A stretch of DNA of 64,000 nucleotides. It comes from Tubulanus polymorphus. Taxonomy: Eukaryota > Animalia > Nemertea. Positions 1 through 12,730 of the stretch are shown here, in pieces. The notes beneath the pieces are model-generated. The model had not been told where the DNA came from, did not search any database, and saw only the letters and a list, made by a program, of their open reading frames with translations. The stretch covers positions 23,726,299 to 23,790,298 of the forward strand of contig NC_134025.1 in assembly GCF_964204645.1 (NCBI RefSeq), written 5' to 3'. A program made the translations under genes and the position numbers. Each line of letters starts with the position of its first letter. Position 1 is the first letter of the stretch.

Positions 1-1073
1 TGTATACTGGTATATACAATGTATGTGTAGAACTCGGTACACATTGAGTATGTATTTTTTATTTATCTGACCAATAAAGCCTAGACATTCAAAAGATAAA
101 TCATCCAGCGTACTTTTTTATACAATCGGGTATTTGGATTGCTCTCAATGCAGTGAATCCATAGATAACAAACCCAATCAGACATCCAAGTGTTGAATAA
201 GTGTTGGCTTGTTTTCAAGTGGAGATACACTTGATTTAATAGGACTAGTCCAGGGCTGGGTTTTTAAGATGTGGAAGCAAAATAATCCCTGGGATCATTT
301 TGCAATCTGTCAGTTACAACCATCTCATTGATACTTTGATGATTGTCACCCAGATTGAGGATTTATTAGGGGTAACTTTGGTACTCAGTCTATGAAACCA
401 GGTCCAGAAAACGTAAATGACCGATATTATGGCAAGACTCGAGTGTTACACAAACAGAGGAACGGTGCTTTACAAAATGCTCAATTTATCATCATCATTA
501 TTAACTATTATTAGGGAAAGGAAATTCACTAAAATCTACAAGCTTTTGGAACTCCAATATAACATTCTTTATTACCTGTCAAAATACAATCTGCTTGTAC
601 AAACATACATTTTATGGTATCATACTGTAAAATATATTTTAATGAAGTACATATGTAATTCAACATTCATAACTCTAAGCAAATCTTGCCCATTTAGAAA
701 CTTAATATCAGCCAGCAGCTTTCAGATTGACCAACTAGGTGAATCCAATTTCATAAAGTGACAGAAAATTAAAACCGGTATCAACTGGACTTTTCATATG
801 TCTATCTGTTAACATGATCCACAACTATCATTAGAAAAAACATACAACACATTACTGTTCTGTTTACCAGTAGTTGAATATCCAAGCATCTTAGATTGAA
901 TTCTTACACATTACTTATAATATGTCTTTGATTGATATCCACTGGACTATCCAATAAGGAGCACTAAGCTATCACTGTGTGATAAAAAATATCTTTATTT
1001 ACTTGAGTCAAGACTTAGGCACTGGTAAGCACAAACGGCCAAATTGAAATCTGTTCCATTAATTCAGTGTACA

Positions 1074-2657
1074 TCAAGATTTCGCAGATAGTTTTGATTT
1101 CAATATTTTAACGTGTTTGTTAGATATCATATAAGAATGTAGGTATCCGATTCCTGAGCAAAAAGTTGTGGCAGCAGTCAAATACCTGAAAAAATAATAA
1201 TTAAAAGTTAAGTTATGCCATTATTCAAAACTAAGTTATAGTATTAACCATATAGTCGGGCTATTCATATGAGGTTACTCACCATAGGCCTTGTAGATAT
1301 GGATGATCGATGTAGTCAAAAACTGGGGCAGCTATTGTAGCTGTAACTAGTGACAGTTGGATGGCAGTGTTCACCTAAATATGAATACACAAATATGGCC
1401 AGTGAAAAAAGTATTCCTATGCTGAACAAGCCTTATTGAAATTATTTTTGATGAATGAAGTCCTGAATGTTGAAACTTACTTATCAGTGACTTATTATAG
1501 TAAAGAACGAGAAATCATAATTACCTTGCTGATCAAAGAAGGCTGAAGTTCTGCAGTTGGCAATTTTACATCGAAATACCTAGCAACCGTTTTCTGGAAA
1601 TGAATAACAAGAACATTAAAAATATACAATGAGCACATCAATATACAGATTTTCAGTGATTAAAATTTCATTAAATTTTTAAATTTTTCATTTAGAATTC
1701 AAGTATTCTTAGAATACCTCACATGTATTACTTACAGGAGAGGGTAGAGTTTTATATCGGATAAAGCACACACCAGCTACCAGAAGAATATCCCTGCTAA
1801 TTATCAACAGAGCTAATGGAACTGAGAAACAAAAACAAAATTATAACCAAGCACAACAGATAAAATGCCTCATTTGCAAGTGTTGATATGATGAGTGTCT
1901 ATACTCACGCGGTAGAAGATTGACAGCGGTTAATGTAGCCATTAAAACAGTGACTAATATTTTATCCGCCAGAGGATCGAGTGCAGTTCCGAATGCACTT
2001 CTCTGACAGGGATATGCTCGGGCGATCTGTCCATCTGCCTGTAATTAATTGTATGAATGAATAGATAGCTATCCAAATCTAACACCGGTTCGTACTTCTT
2101 GTCACAGGCTTCGGCTCTACTTACCAAATCAGTTAGACCAGCAAAAACGAATAGACCAGCCGCCCACGTGAAGCTTTCTTGTACAACGAGATATCCTAAA
2201 ATAGGTGCTAGTACTATCCTAGATGCAGTCAGTATGTTTGGTATTGTAAGAATATTTTCCCTCTGAAATTCAAGAAATTATCCCTTTCTTAACAGCGTTT
2301 AGTATTTGACAATCAAACAAAATCGTAATACGGTGCAAAATTTACCACGTCCAAGTCACGATCCCCAAGGATTTTGTTGTCTTTAAGTTTATTTCCGACC
2401 CAATTCGATAGATGAAATTTTCTCTTGTGACCTCCATGGTCCCAACTCAAAGCGAATGCATGTCTACATAACAAGTGACTTCCAGAACTTTTACAACAAT
2501 GCATTTTACTAACATTGATGTTTTTCTGGATATATCCTTCATCGAGCTTGAAATATCTTGACATGAATTGCATTCCTGCGCTAGTACAGGGCCAGTAATA
2601 AGATACACCAATAGTTGTGGAATGGATGATACGGCGGCTAGTGTTGTAGAGCAACAT
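1074..2657 (-). CDS. CRLS1: Cardiolipin synthase (CMP-forming), 7 coding exons
   Basis: Spliced translation reads ...[27 protein letters not shown]...FAGLTDL|[29 protein letters not shown]...|[16 protein letters not shown]...|LQPSLISK|VNTAIQL...|YLTAATT...KS*. It contains the CDP-alcohol phosphatidyltransferase motif DGxxAR...G...DxxAD. Introns are GT-AG. The first coding exon (2346-2657) is a poorly conserved, probably mitochondrial-targeting extension. Confidence 0.93.
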
Positions 2658-3297
2658 GATGAAATTTCACGTATTCCTAAAATGTAAAAGTTTTTTTCAT
2701 CAATTAATGAGTGGTCAGCATATCAATAGTGCATACATGACATTTGTGAAAGTGGCCGTTTCATAGCGCACCATCTATAGCAAGAGGAGCTCATGTTCAG
2801 GGGGTCATGATAGCAATATACTGCTGGCATCCAGGGCCTCAGTGTAATCAGAAGAAGGTTAACAGCTAGCAAGTCTTTTACAAGTGACTTACCAAGTCAC
2901 TTGTGACTTATTCCAGTAGTAGAGTAGTTAGTCACCACACACACTGTCTCTCGTCTCTGTCACTCTGGACTCGTCTCTGTTACTTTATTTCACATACATT
3001 TCTAAGGCCAAACCGGGCTTCTACCCAGCTGTAAAACAGATACGACACGATTCGAATAGGACATTTCTAGTTACCTGAATCTATCAAATCATGTATACGT
3101 GTGTCATTAAAGTTAAAGGCCCTAGCTTTGCCACTCTTTGAGTAAGTTTGACCCTAACTTCATTGGAAAAATGGTTAGTCAGTGGTGTACCAGAACACCG
3201 TTTCAAGATGGCGGCTATGTAGAGGGCGCCATGGGACAATACAGTGAGAACAGGACATTACCACCGCATACAACACGGGCCGAAAGCATCCGTAGCA

Positions 3298-6200
3298 ATA
3301 CTGGTATCAGTGGTATCGGGGTATCAGTAGTATCACCGGTCTCGGAGAGGATCGGACAGTATCGCTGGTATCAGTGGTATCGTGGAATCACTAGTATCAC
3401 CAGTCTCGGAGAGGATCGGACAGTATCACTGGTAACAGTGGTATATCGGGGTAGCAGTAGCATCACCGGTCTCGGAGAGGATCGGACAGTATCACTGGTA
3501 TCAGTGGTATCGGGGTAGCAGTAGTATCACCGGTCTCGGAGAGGATCGGACAGTATCACTGGTAACAGTGGTATCGGGGTAGCAGTAGTATCACCGGTCT
3601 CGGAGAGGATCGGACAGTATCACTGGTAACAGTGGTATCGGGGTAGCAGTAGTATCACCGGTCTCCGAAAGGATCGGGCAGTATCACTGGTATCAGTGGT
3701 ATCGGGGTAGCAGTAGTATCACCGGTCTCGGAGAGGATCGGACAGTATCACTGGTAACAGTGGTATCGGGGTAGCAGTAGTATCACCGGTCTCCAGAAGG
3801 ATCGGGCAGTATCACTGGTAACAGTGGTATCGGGGTAGCAGTAGTATCACCGGTCTCCGAGAGGATCGGACAGTATCACTGGTAACAGTGGTATCGGGGT
3901 ATCAGTAGTATCACCGGTCTCCAGAAGGATCGAGCAGTAACACTGGTAACAGTGGTATCGGGGTAGCAGTAGTATCACCGGTCTCCAGAAGGATCGGGCA
4001 GTATCACTGGTATCAGTGCTATCGGGGTAGCAGTATATCACCGGTCTCCAGAAGGATCGGACAGTATCACTGGTATCAGTGGTATCGGGGTAGCAGTAGT
4101 ATCACCGGTCTCGGAGAGGATCGGACAGTATCACTGGTAACAGTGGTATCGGGGTAGCAGTAGTATCATCGGTCTCTGAGAGGATCGGACAGTATCACTG
4201 GTAACAGTGGTATCGGGGTAGCAGTAGTATCATCGGTCTCCTGAAGGATCGGGCAGTATCACTGGTATCAGTGGTATCGGGGTAGCAGTAGTATCACCGG
4301 TCTCCAGAAGGATCGGACAGTATCACTGGTAACAGTGGTATCGGGGTAGCAGTAGTATCACCGGTCTCCTGAAGGATCGGGCAGTATCACTGGTATCAGT
4401 GGTATTGGGGTAGCAGTAGTATCACCGGTCTCCAGAAGGATCGGGCAGTATCACTGGTAACAGTGGTATCGGGGTAGCAGTAGTATCACCGGTCTCCTGA
4501 AGGATCGGACAGTATCACTGGTAACAGTGGTATCGGGGTAGCAGTAGTATCACCGGTCTCGGAGAGGATCGGGCAGTATCACTGGTGTCAGTGGTATCGG
4601 GGTAGCAGTAGTATCACCGGCCTCCTTAAGGATCGGACAGTATCACTGGTAACAGTGGTATCGGGGTAGCAGTAGTATCACCGGTCTCCAGAAGGATCGG
4701 ACAGTATCACTGGTAACAGTGGTATCGGGGTAGCAGTAGTATCGCCGGTCTCCTGAAGGATCGGGCAGTATCACTGGTATCAGTGGTATCGGGGTAGCAG
4801 TAGTATCACCGGTCTCGGAGAGGATCGGACAGTATCACTGGTAACAGTGGTATCGGGGTAGCAGTAGTATCACCGGTCTCCAGAAGGATCGGGCAGTATC
4901 ACTGGTAACAGTGGTATCGGGGTAGCAGTAGTATCACCGGTCTCCTGAAGGATCGGGCAGTATCACTGGTATCAGTGGTATCGGGGTAGCAGTAGTATCA
5001 CCGGTCTCGGAGAGGATCGGACAGTATCACTGGTAACAGTGGTATCGGGGTAGCAGTAGTATCACCGGTCTCCAGAAGGATCGGGCAGTATCACTGGTAA
5101 CAGTGGTATCGGGGTAGCAGTAGTATCACCGGTCTCCAGAAGGATCGGGCAGTATCACTGGTATCAGTGGTATCGGGGTAGCAGTAGTATCACCGGTCTC
5201 CAGAAGGATCTGGCAGTATCACTGGTATCAGTGGTATCGGGGTAGCAGTAGTATCACCGGTCTCGGAGAGGATCGGGCAGTATCACTGGTAACAGTGGTA
5301 TCGGGGTAGCAGTAGTATCACCGGTCTCCAGAAGGATCGGGCAGTATCACTGGTAACAGTGGTATCGGGGTAGCAGTAGTATCACCGGTCTCCAGAAGGA
5401 TCGGACAGTATCACTGGTAACAGTGGTATCGGGGTAGCAGTAGTATCGCCGGTCTCCTGAAGGATCGGGCAGTATCACTGGTATCAGTGGTATCGGGGTA
5501 GCAGTAGTATCACCGGTCTCCGAGAGGATCGGACAGTATCACTGGTAACAGTGGTATCGGGGTATCAGTAGTATCACCGGTCTCCAGAAGGATCGAGCAG
5601 TAACACTGGTAACAGTGGTATCGGGGTAGCAGTAGTATCACCGGTCTCCAGAAGGATCGGGCAGTATCACTGGTATCAGTGCTATCGGGGTAGCAGTATA
5701 TCACCGGTCTCCAGAAGGATCGGACAGTATCACTGGTATCAGTGGTATCGGGGTATCAGTAGTATCACCGGTCTCCAGAAGGATCGGACAGTATCACTGG
5801 TAACAGTGGTATCGGGGTAGCAGTAGTATCACCGGTCTCCTGAAGGATCGGGCAGTATCACTGGTATCAGTGCTATCGGGGTAGCAGTATATCACCGGTC
5901 TCCAGAAGGATCGGACAGTATCACTGGTATCAGTGGTATCGGGGTATCAGTAGTATCACCGGTCTCCAGAAGGATCGGACAGTATCACTGGTAACAGTGG
6001 TATCGGGGTAGCAGTAGTATCACCGGTCTCCTGAAGGATCGGGCAGTATCACTGGTAACAGTGGTATCGGGGTAGCAGTAGTATCACCGGTCTCGGAGAG
6101 GATCGGACAGTATCACTGGTAACAGTGGTATCGGGGTAGCAGTAGTATCACCGGTCTCCAGAAGGATCGGGCAGTATCACTGGTATCAGTGCTATCGGGG

Positions 6201-6624
6201 TAGCAGTATATCACCGGTCTCCAGAAGGATCGGACAGTATCACTGGTATCAGTGGTATCGGGGTAGCAGTAGTATCACCGGTCTCGGAGAGGATCGGACA
6301 GTATCACTGGTAACAGTGGTATCGGGGTAGCAGTAGTATCACCGGTCTCCAGAAGGATCGGGCAGTATCACTGGTAACAGTGGTATCGGGGTAGCAGTAG
6401 TATCACCGGTCTCCAGAAGGATCGGGCAGTATCGCTGGTATCAGTGGTATCGGGGTATCAGTAGTATCACCGGTCTCCAGAAGGATCGGACAGTATCACT
6501 GGTAACAGTGGTATCGGGGTAGCAGTAGTATCACCGGTCTCCTGAAGGATCGGACAGTATCACTGGTATCAGTGGTATTGGGGTAGCAGTAGGATCACCG
6601 GTCTGGGAGAGGATCGGGCAGTAT
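3298..6624 (+). repeat. 64-bp tandem array, about 52 units (left arm)
   Basis: Unit GAGGATCGGACAGTATCACTGGTAACAGTGGTATCGGGGTAGCAGTAGTATCACCGGTCTCGGA recurs every 64 bp (for example 3541 and 3605). Confidence 0.98.
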
Positions 6625-6626
6625 GC

Positions 6627-6925
6627 CATGAAGTTATAAGCAATAGTGAACTTTTAATTCTAGATATTTAAGATTCAAGCTAGTGTAGTATATTTGAAAT
6701 GCGATGAACTGTGTTAATTTGTAGTAATGTTTTAATTCAAAGTTTGTATGATCATGATATCCTTAAGATGTTCCACAATAATAAATTAGATATATGTATC
6801 ATAAATATGAATTAATTGACCTTAAGATTGTATCTACTTACACTACATTCAGAAGGAGGGCGATTTTTACCTACTTTGAGGAATTTGGATTTTAGGGGAA
6901 TTTAACCCTGAGGATTTTTACCACT
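6627..6925 (+). mobile_element. Truncated right half of the MITE also present at 8406-9277
   Basis: Aligns by eye with 8720-9085 (AACTTTTAATTCTAGATATTT...GACCTTAAGATTGTATCTACTTA...GATTTTTACCTACTTTGA) and directly abuts the satellite. Confidence 0.8.
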
Positions 6926-6929
6926 AGCC

Positions 6930-7229
6930 GCTTTATATACCATCGTCGAACTGTCTATTTTACAGATGCACAGCCACTATTTGACCATAAGTGGCAAGAA
7001 AATTATAAGTAGAGGGAACTGTCCCAGATTACCGCGAACAGCAGAATTAACAGAACGTTTCTTTACCCTGAGCAGATATTTGCGAAATTTGATGAAAAAT
7101 TTAAATTGTGGGCAATGTACATCTCTTAACAAATACATAGTAAAATACCCACGATATATACCGTCATACTCTCTATACCGTCAAAATTTTCTTCACCGAT
7201 GTGGATGGTATATCGGGGGTTGACTGTAT
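6930..7229. mobile_element. Degenerate pogo/Tc1-like MITE
   Basis: Right end GATGGTATATCGGGGGTTGACTG|TA (CAGT-type TIR plus TA). A partial left match TATATACCATC lies at about 6934. Confidence 0.45.
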
Positions 7230-7651
7230 TACAAAACAAAATAATTAATTCAAGTGATGAAAATATAATAGTAATAAAACTTGACGAGGACGTATCCAGG
7301 AAAATGCAAAATGTGATTTACTTCTTTAAAATGAAATATTACACGCTTCCGCAAATTGTTCGCAAATGTTCTACATTTGAATTATCGATCCTGTAATGGG
7401 CTCAAGTAAAATTAAACCACCTGCATATTTTAACGCTCCAAGATCTGGCTATGTGACTACCAAAACTATGTAAGCTATCGATGCAAGCGGTGAAAAACAA
7501 AGAAGAAATAAGCCCCGGCCCTGGTTTTAATCCAATGAAAAATTCCGGTTTCATGTAACCGGCATATTTCCATATGAAATAAAAATCAATTAAAATATTC
7601 TTCGTTTCAGTAATGATTTGAAAAGTAATGAGTAATGAATACGGTCGAAAG

Positions 7652-8307
7652 GGGGGTCATCCCTAGATTCCCCAGGTTCTATGTTCCCCGGGCCCTATAT
7701 TCCCCGGGTTCCATGTTCCCCGGGTCCTATATTCCCCGGGTTCTATATTCTCCCAAAGGAAATAATACAACGAGGGTTCCATATATTCTCCAAATAATAA
7801 AAACGTTGACCGGTGTCCATACCTATGCTTTTTAATAATAGTCCATCAATCATGTCATGTATTTGCTAGATACTATAAATTTGATACAGACAAGGTGCTT
7901 TTATTTTTTGCAAACGCCAGAACTTAACGAGAGAAATTCGAGATGACAATTAATCGATCGATCAGGTAATTTATTCAGTAGTTACGTCACACTGTAAAAA
8001 GGCTTTGAAACTTGCCCGGGAGATTTTTAATTGTGATTCATGTCGTTAATTTTCATTTAATAGAATAAAGATAAAGATAAAGATACATGTAGTGCCGATT
8101 TTCAACATCAACTAATTGGCAGCCTGACGCGTTATCATGCTCTGAATTCCCGGCGCCGAAATTGAGTGTATGTGGCCATGGGAACAAAGGACCTTTTTAT
8201 ACATTTTCCATAATCTTCCAGGAATATCGGATCCGGGGAATATAAACCCCTTTTATGTTTAATCTCCCTTGGGGAACATAGGACCCGAGGAACATAGGTA
8301 TGGACCC
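7652..8307. mobile_element. MITE with 17-bp subterminal repeats (MULE-like)
   Basis: 8-bp TSD GTCGAAAG at 7644-7651 and 8308-8315. Left repeats CCCGGGTYCYATRTTCC are mirrored by GGGGAACATAGGACCC on the right. GG...CC termini. Confidence 0.85.
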
Positions 8308-8405
8308 GTCGAAAGCACGACTTGCGTCCAGTCTTGGAATAATAATAAGTATAGCCGCGAGTACTCCAATTCCAGTAGAACAGCATACAATCATGTGTAC
8401 ACTAT

Positions 8406-9277
8406 GGTAAAAAACTTCTAGGTAGAAATCCCCAAATATTCAAAGTAGGTAAAAATCCCCACTTGGTGATTTTCAAGACCATTTCAAAGCAAAATGATAC
8501 TCCAATTTTATTAATTTGCGATGAGACTGAAATATGTTTGGACTGTGCAATGAAATCTTTCGTTGTGATAAATTCTTAAGTAAACTCTTAGATTTCAATA
8601 AATTGTTAGAATTAATAAGAATAATACACTTTTATTTGTAATACCTTTAAATTCGAACCGGAATATCTTTGACCTGTGAACTCTTGTTAACTTGTGGTAT
8701 ATTTGAGCTGCGCGATGCAATGAATTATGAGCAATAACGAACTTTTAATTCTAGATATTTTAGTTTCAAACTAGTGTAATATATTTGACAAGTGCTAAGA
8801 ACCCTTTCATTAAGCTGTGTGATAACTTTTGAGTACTAATTTAGTATTAATGAATTTTTGATTTGTAGTATGTTTGAATTCAAGTAGTATATGCAATAGT
8901 TTGTATACTCATGATATCCTTATGATGTTCCACAATAATAAATAGGATATGTGTATCATAAATATGAAATACCGGTAAATATGAATTAATTGACCTTAAG
9001 ATTGTATCTACTTAAACTACATTCAGAAGGAGGGGGATTTTTACCTACTTTGAAGAATTGGGGATTTTTACCAAGGGGATTTTTACTGCACGGTAAAAGA
9101 CACAGATTATCCGAGGTGATTGTGAAAAACACCAGGGAAAATTGGAAATTTTTGCAAAACTATTAAAGTTTTTCAACTAAAGAATATTACAGTATTTCAT
9201 TGACTTTTGCTGTGAAATCAAATTTGGGGGGATTTTGGGTTTTTTTTTTACCTAGGAGGGATTTTTACCTGTTACCA
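8406..9277. mobile_element. MITE with GGTAAAAATCCCC subterminal repeats
   Basis: 8420-8460 (GGTAGAAATCCCCAAATATTCAAAGTAGGTAAAAATCCCC) is approximately the reverse complement of 9033-9071. Further GGATTTTTACC copies continue to about 9277. No clear TSD, so the boundaries are approximate. Confidence 0.65.
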
Positions 9278-9400
9278 AATTATACTCTTCATCCATATGT
9301 GTACAGTTGCGTCCGCCTTACTCAGTGCTGGTCAACTTAGTATGACACTTGAGTTGTTGAATTTTACAAATAGGTATTTTGATGGACCTTCTATTTACAC

Positions 9401-10140
9401 GGGATACGCCCATAATACCTCCGCCCAAAATGCCTCCGTCCAAAATCCCACACCCAGAATCCCTCCACCCAGAATACCCTCATATGTGTCCAAAATACCT
9501 CCACCCAGAATTTAAAAAAAATACTATAATTATATTATTTAGATGTTTAAAGTACCACCAATATTGACTATTATACATGTATAGGATCATATATAATGTA
9601 TTACGGTATATATAAACCTACTGAATAATAATTGAATAACAATTAATGACAATGTTCACTTGCAATTAGTTTTGGCTGGGAATATTAATTAGTTTATCTC
9701 ATGTCTTTAATCTTATGCTAGATTTCTCTGGAAACTATTCAATATTTAGATTATAGAATATTAATTAGTCCTATAATCTAAGAAAACAATGTACTACATT
9801 TCGCTTTACACACTGAATTCAGTTCATTTTCATTTAAGTGCAACTATGATCACTGAAATTAACATTATACTTTGTTTTGCTCAATTAACTACTTTTAAAC
9901 TATAGAACTTTGGTTTATTTGAGTATTGCCTGTAAATTAAAACTTGGGGGGGGACAAAATATTCATTCTAAAAAATTATATTTCTAATAGGTTCAAATTT
10001 TTGTCCTCCAGGCATAAACCCATTAGATCTAGGGCCTGGAGGTATTTTGGACACATATGAGGGTATTCTGGGTGGAGGGATTCTGGGTGTGGGATATTTG
10101 GGTGGAGGTATTTTGGGCGGAGGTATTATGACCCGGATTC
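9401..10140. mobile_element. MITE with about 100-bp TIRs built of 15-bp repeats (MULE-like)
   Basis: 8-bp TSD ATTTACAC at 9393-9400 and 10141-10148. CATAATACCTCCGCCCAAAAT...CACCCAGAATACCCTCATATGTGTCCAAAATACCTCC is mirrored at 10037-10130. Confidence 0.9.
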
Positions 10141-11002
10141 ATTTACACAGCCGATAGTCAATTGGTGAAATATTTTCAATACCAATGCTACTAAGGCTGA
10201 GTTGTGGTCAATGGTAGTTCATTCAATGTTATAAAAACTGTGATGATCTGATACATTACTGCGTTGTATGCTTTTGATATTTTTGTGTTGTATGACTTCA
10301 TTGGTGATTATATTTCTCAGGTATCATTTACATTTTACTTTACATTTTATTGTATCATATATTGTACATAATAGCAATGATTTATTCTCCATAGTCTTAA
10401 TCTGCAATCTTGATATTGGTTTATTGATGCATATGTTTGTTTACAATATACTTAATTAGGCTGTTTAAAATTGAGAAACACTAATTAGTGAGTGACTTGT
10501 GACTTAACTAATTTTTTTTAAATAAAGAAGTTTCCAGTTTCTAGGCGCCATTTTGTGGCGGTCCCTCGAGGTCCCCATTGTTGCGATAATTTGCACTCAT
10601 TTTTAAAACATAAGTTTAGATTGAATATCATATAGTTCTGCAGTCCCTTGCTCGACGAAATTAATTTATACACCATTTTTAAGGAAACGAAATGCAGATA
10701 TTTGCTGGCGTTTCTTGGAATTTTTGAACGCAACAATTGAGAACACTGACGATGTGACCCCAAGGACCGCATATCTTAACCGCGCGTAAAAGAAATCGCA
10801 ACATTCATTAATTTCAAAATATCTAAGTATCTCTTAAAGCTATATTTCCAATTTTTACAGAGTTTAAAGAGGGTTATTTGCAGTTTAAGCCTGCGTTGAA
10901 TATTTTTTTGAATATCTTTCCTGACGACTGATCTGTACCCGCTTGAGTTTGAGATTACCCGATAAAGTTAGATAATTTGATACGCCTTCAACAAATCTTC
11001 CA

Positions 11003-11143
11003 GGGGCCAGTTGCATAGTTATGGCTTAGACTTAAGACCAGTCTAAGACCAACTTAGTTCTATAGCCAATCTAACAACTTGAGACCAGTCTTAAGATTTA
11101 AGACCACTTTTGGACTTAAGTCACAAACTGTGCAACTGGCCCC
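11003..11143. mobile_element. Small PIF/Harbinger-like MITE
   Basis: TIRs GGGGCCAGTTGCATAGTT and AACTGTGCAACTGGCCCC, with internal AAGACCA repeats. Confidence 0.7.
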
Positions 11144-11295
11144 CGATCCTTAGCTGCTATGTACTATTCAAAGTCAAAAAACTTAGTACGGAGAGTATTA
11201 CCAGGCAGTGGATACGGCGCACCAAAAAATGAAACCAAATTTTGCAACTCTGGAAAATAAATACATGTACCACCGATAAAAATTCCACTGTAATA

Positions 11296-11371
11296 CTAGT
11301 CAAACCTCGCTACAACGAGATCTTTTATAACGAAATATCGGTTTAATCAAACGTGTCCGGCGCAAAAAAGT
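11296..11371 (+). mobile_element. Left end of a pogo-like MITE, truncated by the satellite arm
   Basis: TA-CTAGTCAAACCTCGCTACAACGA...TATAACGAA resembles a CAGTCAAACCTCG-type TIR. No partner end was found. Confidence 0.45.
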
Positions 11372-12730
11372 CTACTGCTACCCCGATACCACTGTTACCA
11401 GTGATACTGCCCGATCCTCTCCCAGACCGGTGATACTACTGCTACCCCAATACCACTGATACCAGTGATACTGCCCGATCCTTCAGGAGACCGGTGATAC
11501 TACTGCTACCCCGATACCACTGTTACCAGTGATACTGCCCGATCCTTCTGGAGACCGGTGATACTACTGCTACCCCGATACCACTGTTACCAGTGATACT
11601 GCCCGATCCTTCTGGAGACCGGTGATACTACTGCTACCCCGATACCACTGTTACCAGTGATACTGCCCGATCCTCTCCGAGACCGGTGATACTACTGCTA
11701 CCCCGATACCACTGTTACCAGTGATACTGTCCGATCCTTCAGGAGACCGGTGATACTACTGCTACCCCGATACCACTGTTACCAGTGATACTGCCCGATC
11801 CTCTCCGAGACCGGTGATACTACTGCTACCCCGATACCACTGTTACCAGTGATACTGCCCGATCCTCTCCGAGACCGGTGATACTACTGCTACCCCGATA
11901 CCACTGTTACCAGTGATACTGTCCGATCCTTCAGGAGACCGGTGATACTACTGCTACCCCGATACCACTGATACCAGTGATACTGCCCGATCCTCTCGGA
12001 GACCGGTGATACTACTGATACCCCGATACCACTGTTACCAGAGATACTGCCCGATCCTCTCGGAGACCGGTGATACTACTGCTACCCCGATACCACTGTT
12101 ACCAGTGATACTGTCCGATCCTCTCGGAGACCGGTGATACTACTGCTACCCCGATACCACTGATACCAGTGATACTGCCCGATCCTTCAGGAGACCGGTG
12201 ATACTACTGCTACCCCGATACCACTGATACCAGTGATACTGTCCGATCCTCTCAGAGACCGATGATACTACTGCTACCCCGATATCACTGTTACCAGTGA
12301 TACTGCCCGATCCTCTCCGAGACCGGTGATACTACTGCTACCCCGATACCACTGTTACCAGTGATACTGCCCGATCCTCTCGGAGACCGGTGATACTACT
12401 GATACCCCGATACCACTGTTACCAGTGATACTGCCCGATCCTCTCCAAGACCGGTGATACTACTGATACCCCGATACCACTGTTACCAGTGATACTGCCC
12501 GATCCTTCCAGAGACCGGTGATACAACTGATACCCCGATACCACTGTTACCAGTGATACTGCCCGATCCTCTCCAAGACCGGTGATACTACTGATACCCC
12601 GATACCACTGTTACCAGTGATACTGTCCGATCCTTCTGGAGACCGGTGATACTACTGCTACCCCGATACCACTGTTACCAGTGATACTGTCCGATCCTCT
12701 CAGAGACCGATGATACTACTGATACCAGTG
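11372..12730 (-). repeat. 64-bp tandem array, about 21 units (right arm, inverted)
   Basis: Reverse complement of the left-arm unit (CCCCGATACCACTGTTACCAGTGATACTGCCCGATCC...). Confidence 0.98.

Noticed and set aside
130-410. Possible exon or LINE remnant
   Set aside because: All frames examined are interrupted and no recognisable motif is present.
3138-5704. ORFs within the satellite and TIR head (also 12710-13018)
   Set aside because: The 64-bp period is not a multiple of 3 and stops recur. These ORFs are repeat by-products.
3298-6624. CRISPR-like array
   Set aside because: Units are contiguous with only a few recurring variant positions. There are no unique spacers and no cas genes, and the context is eukaryotic.
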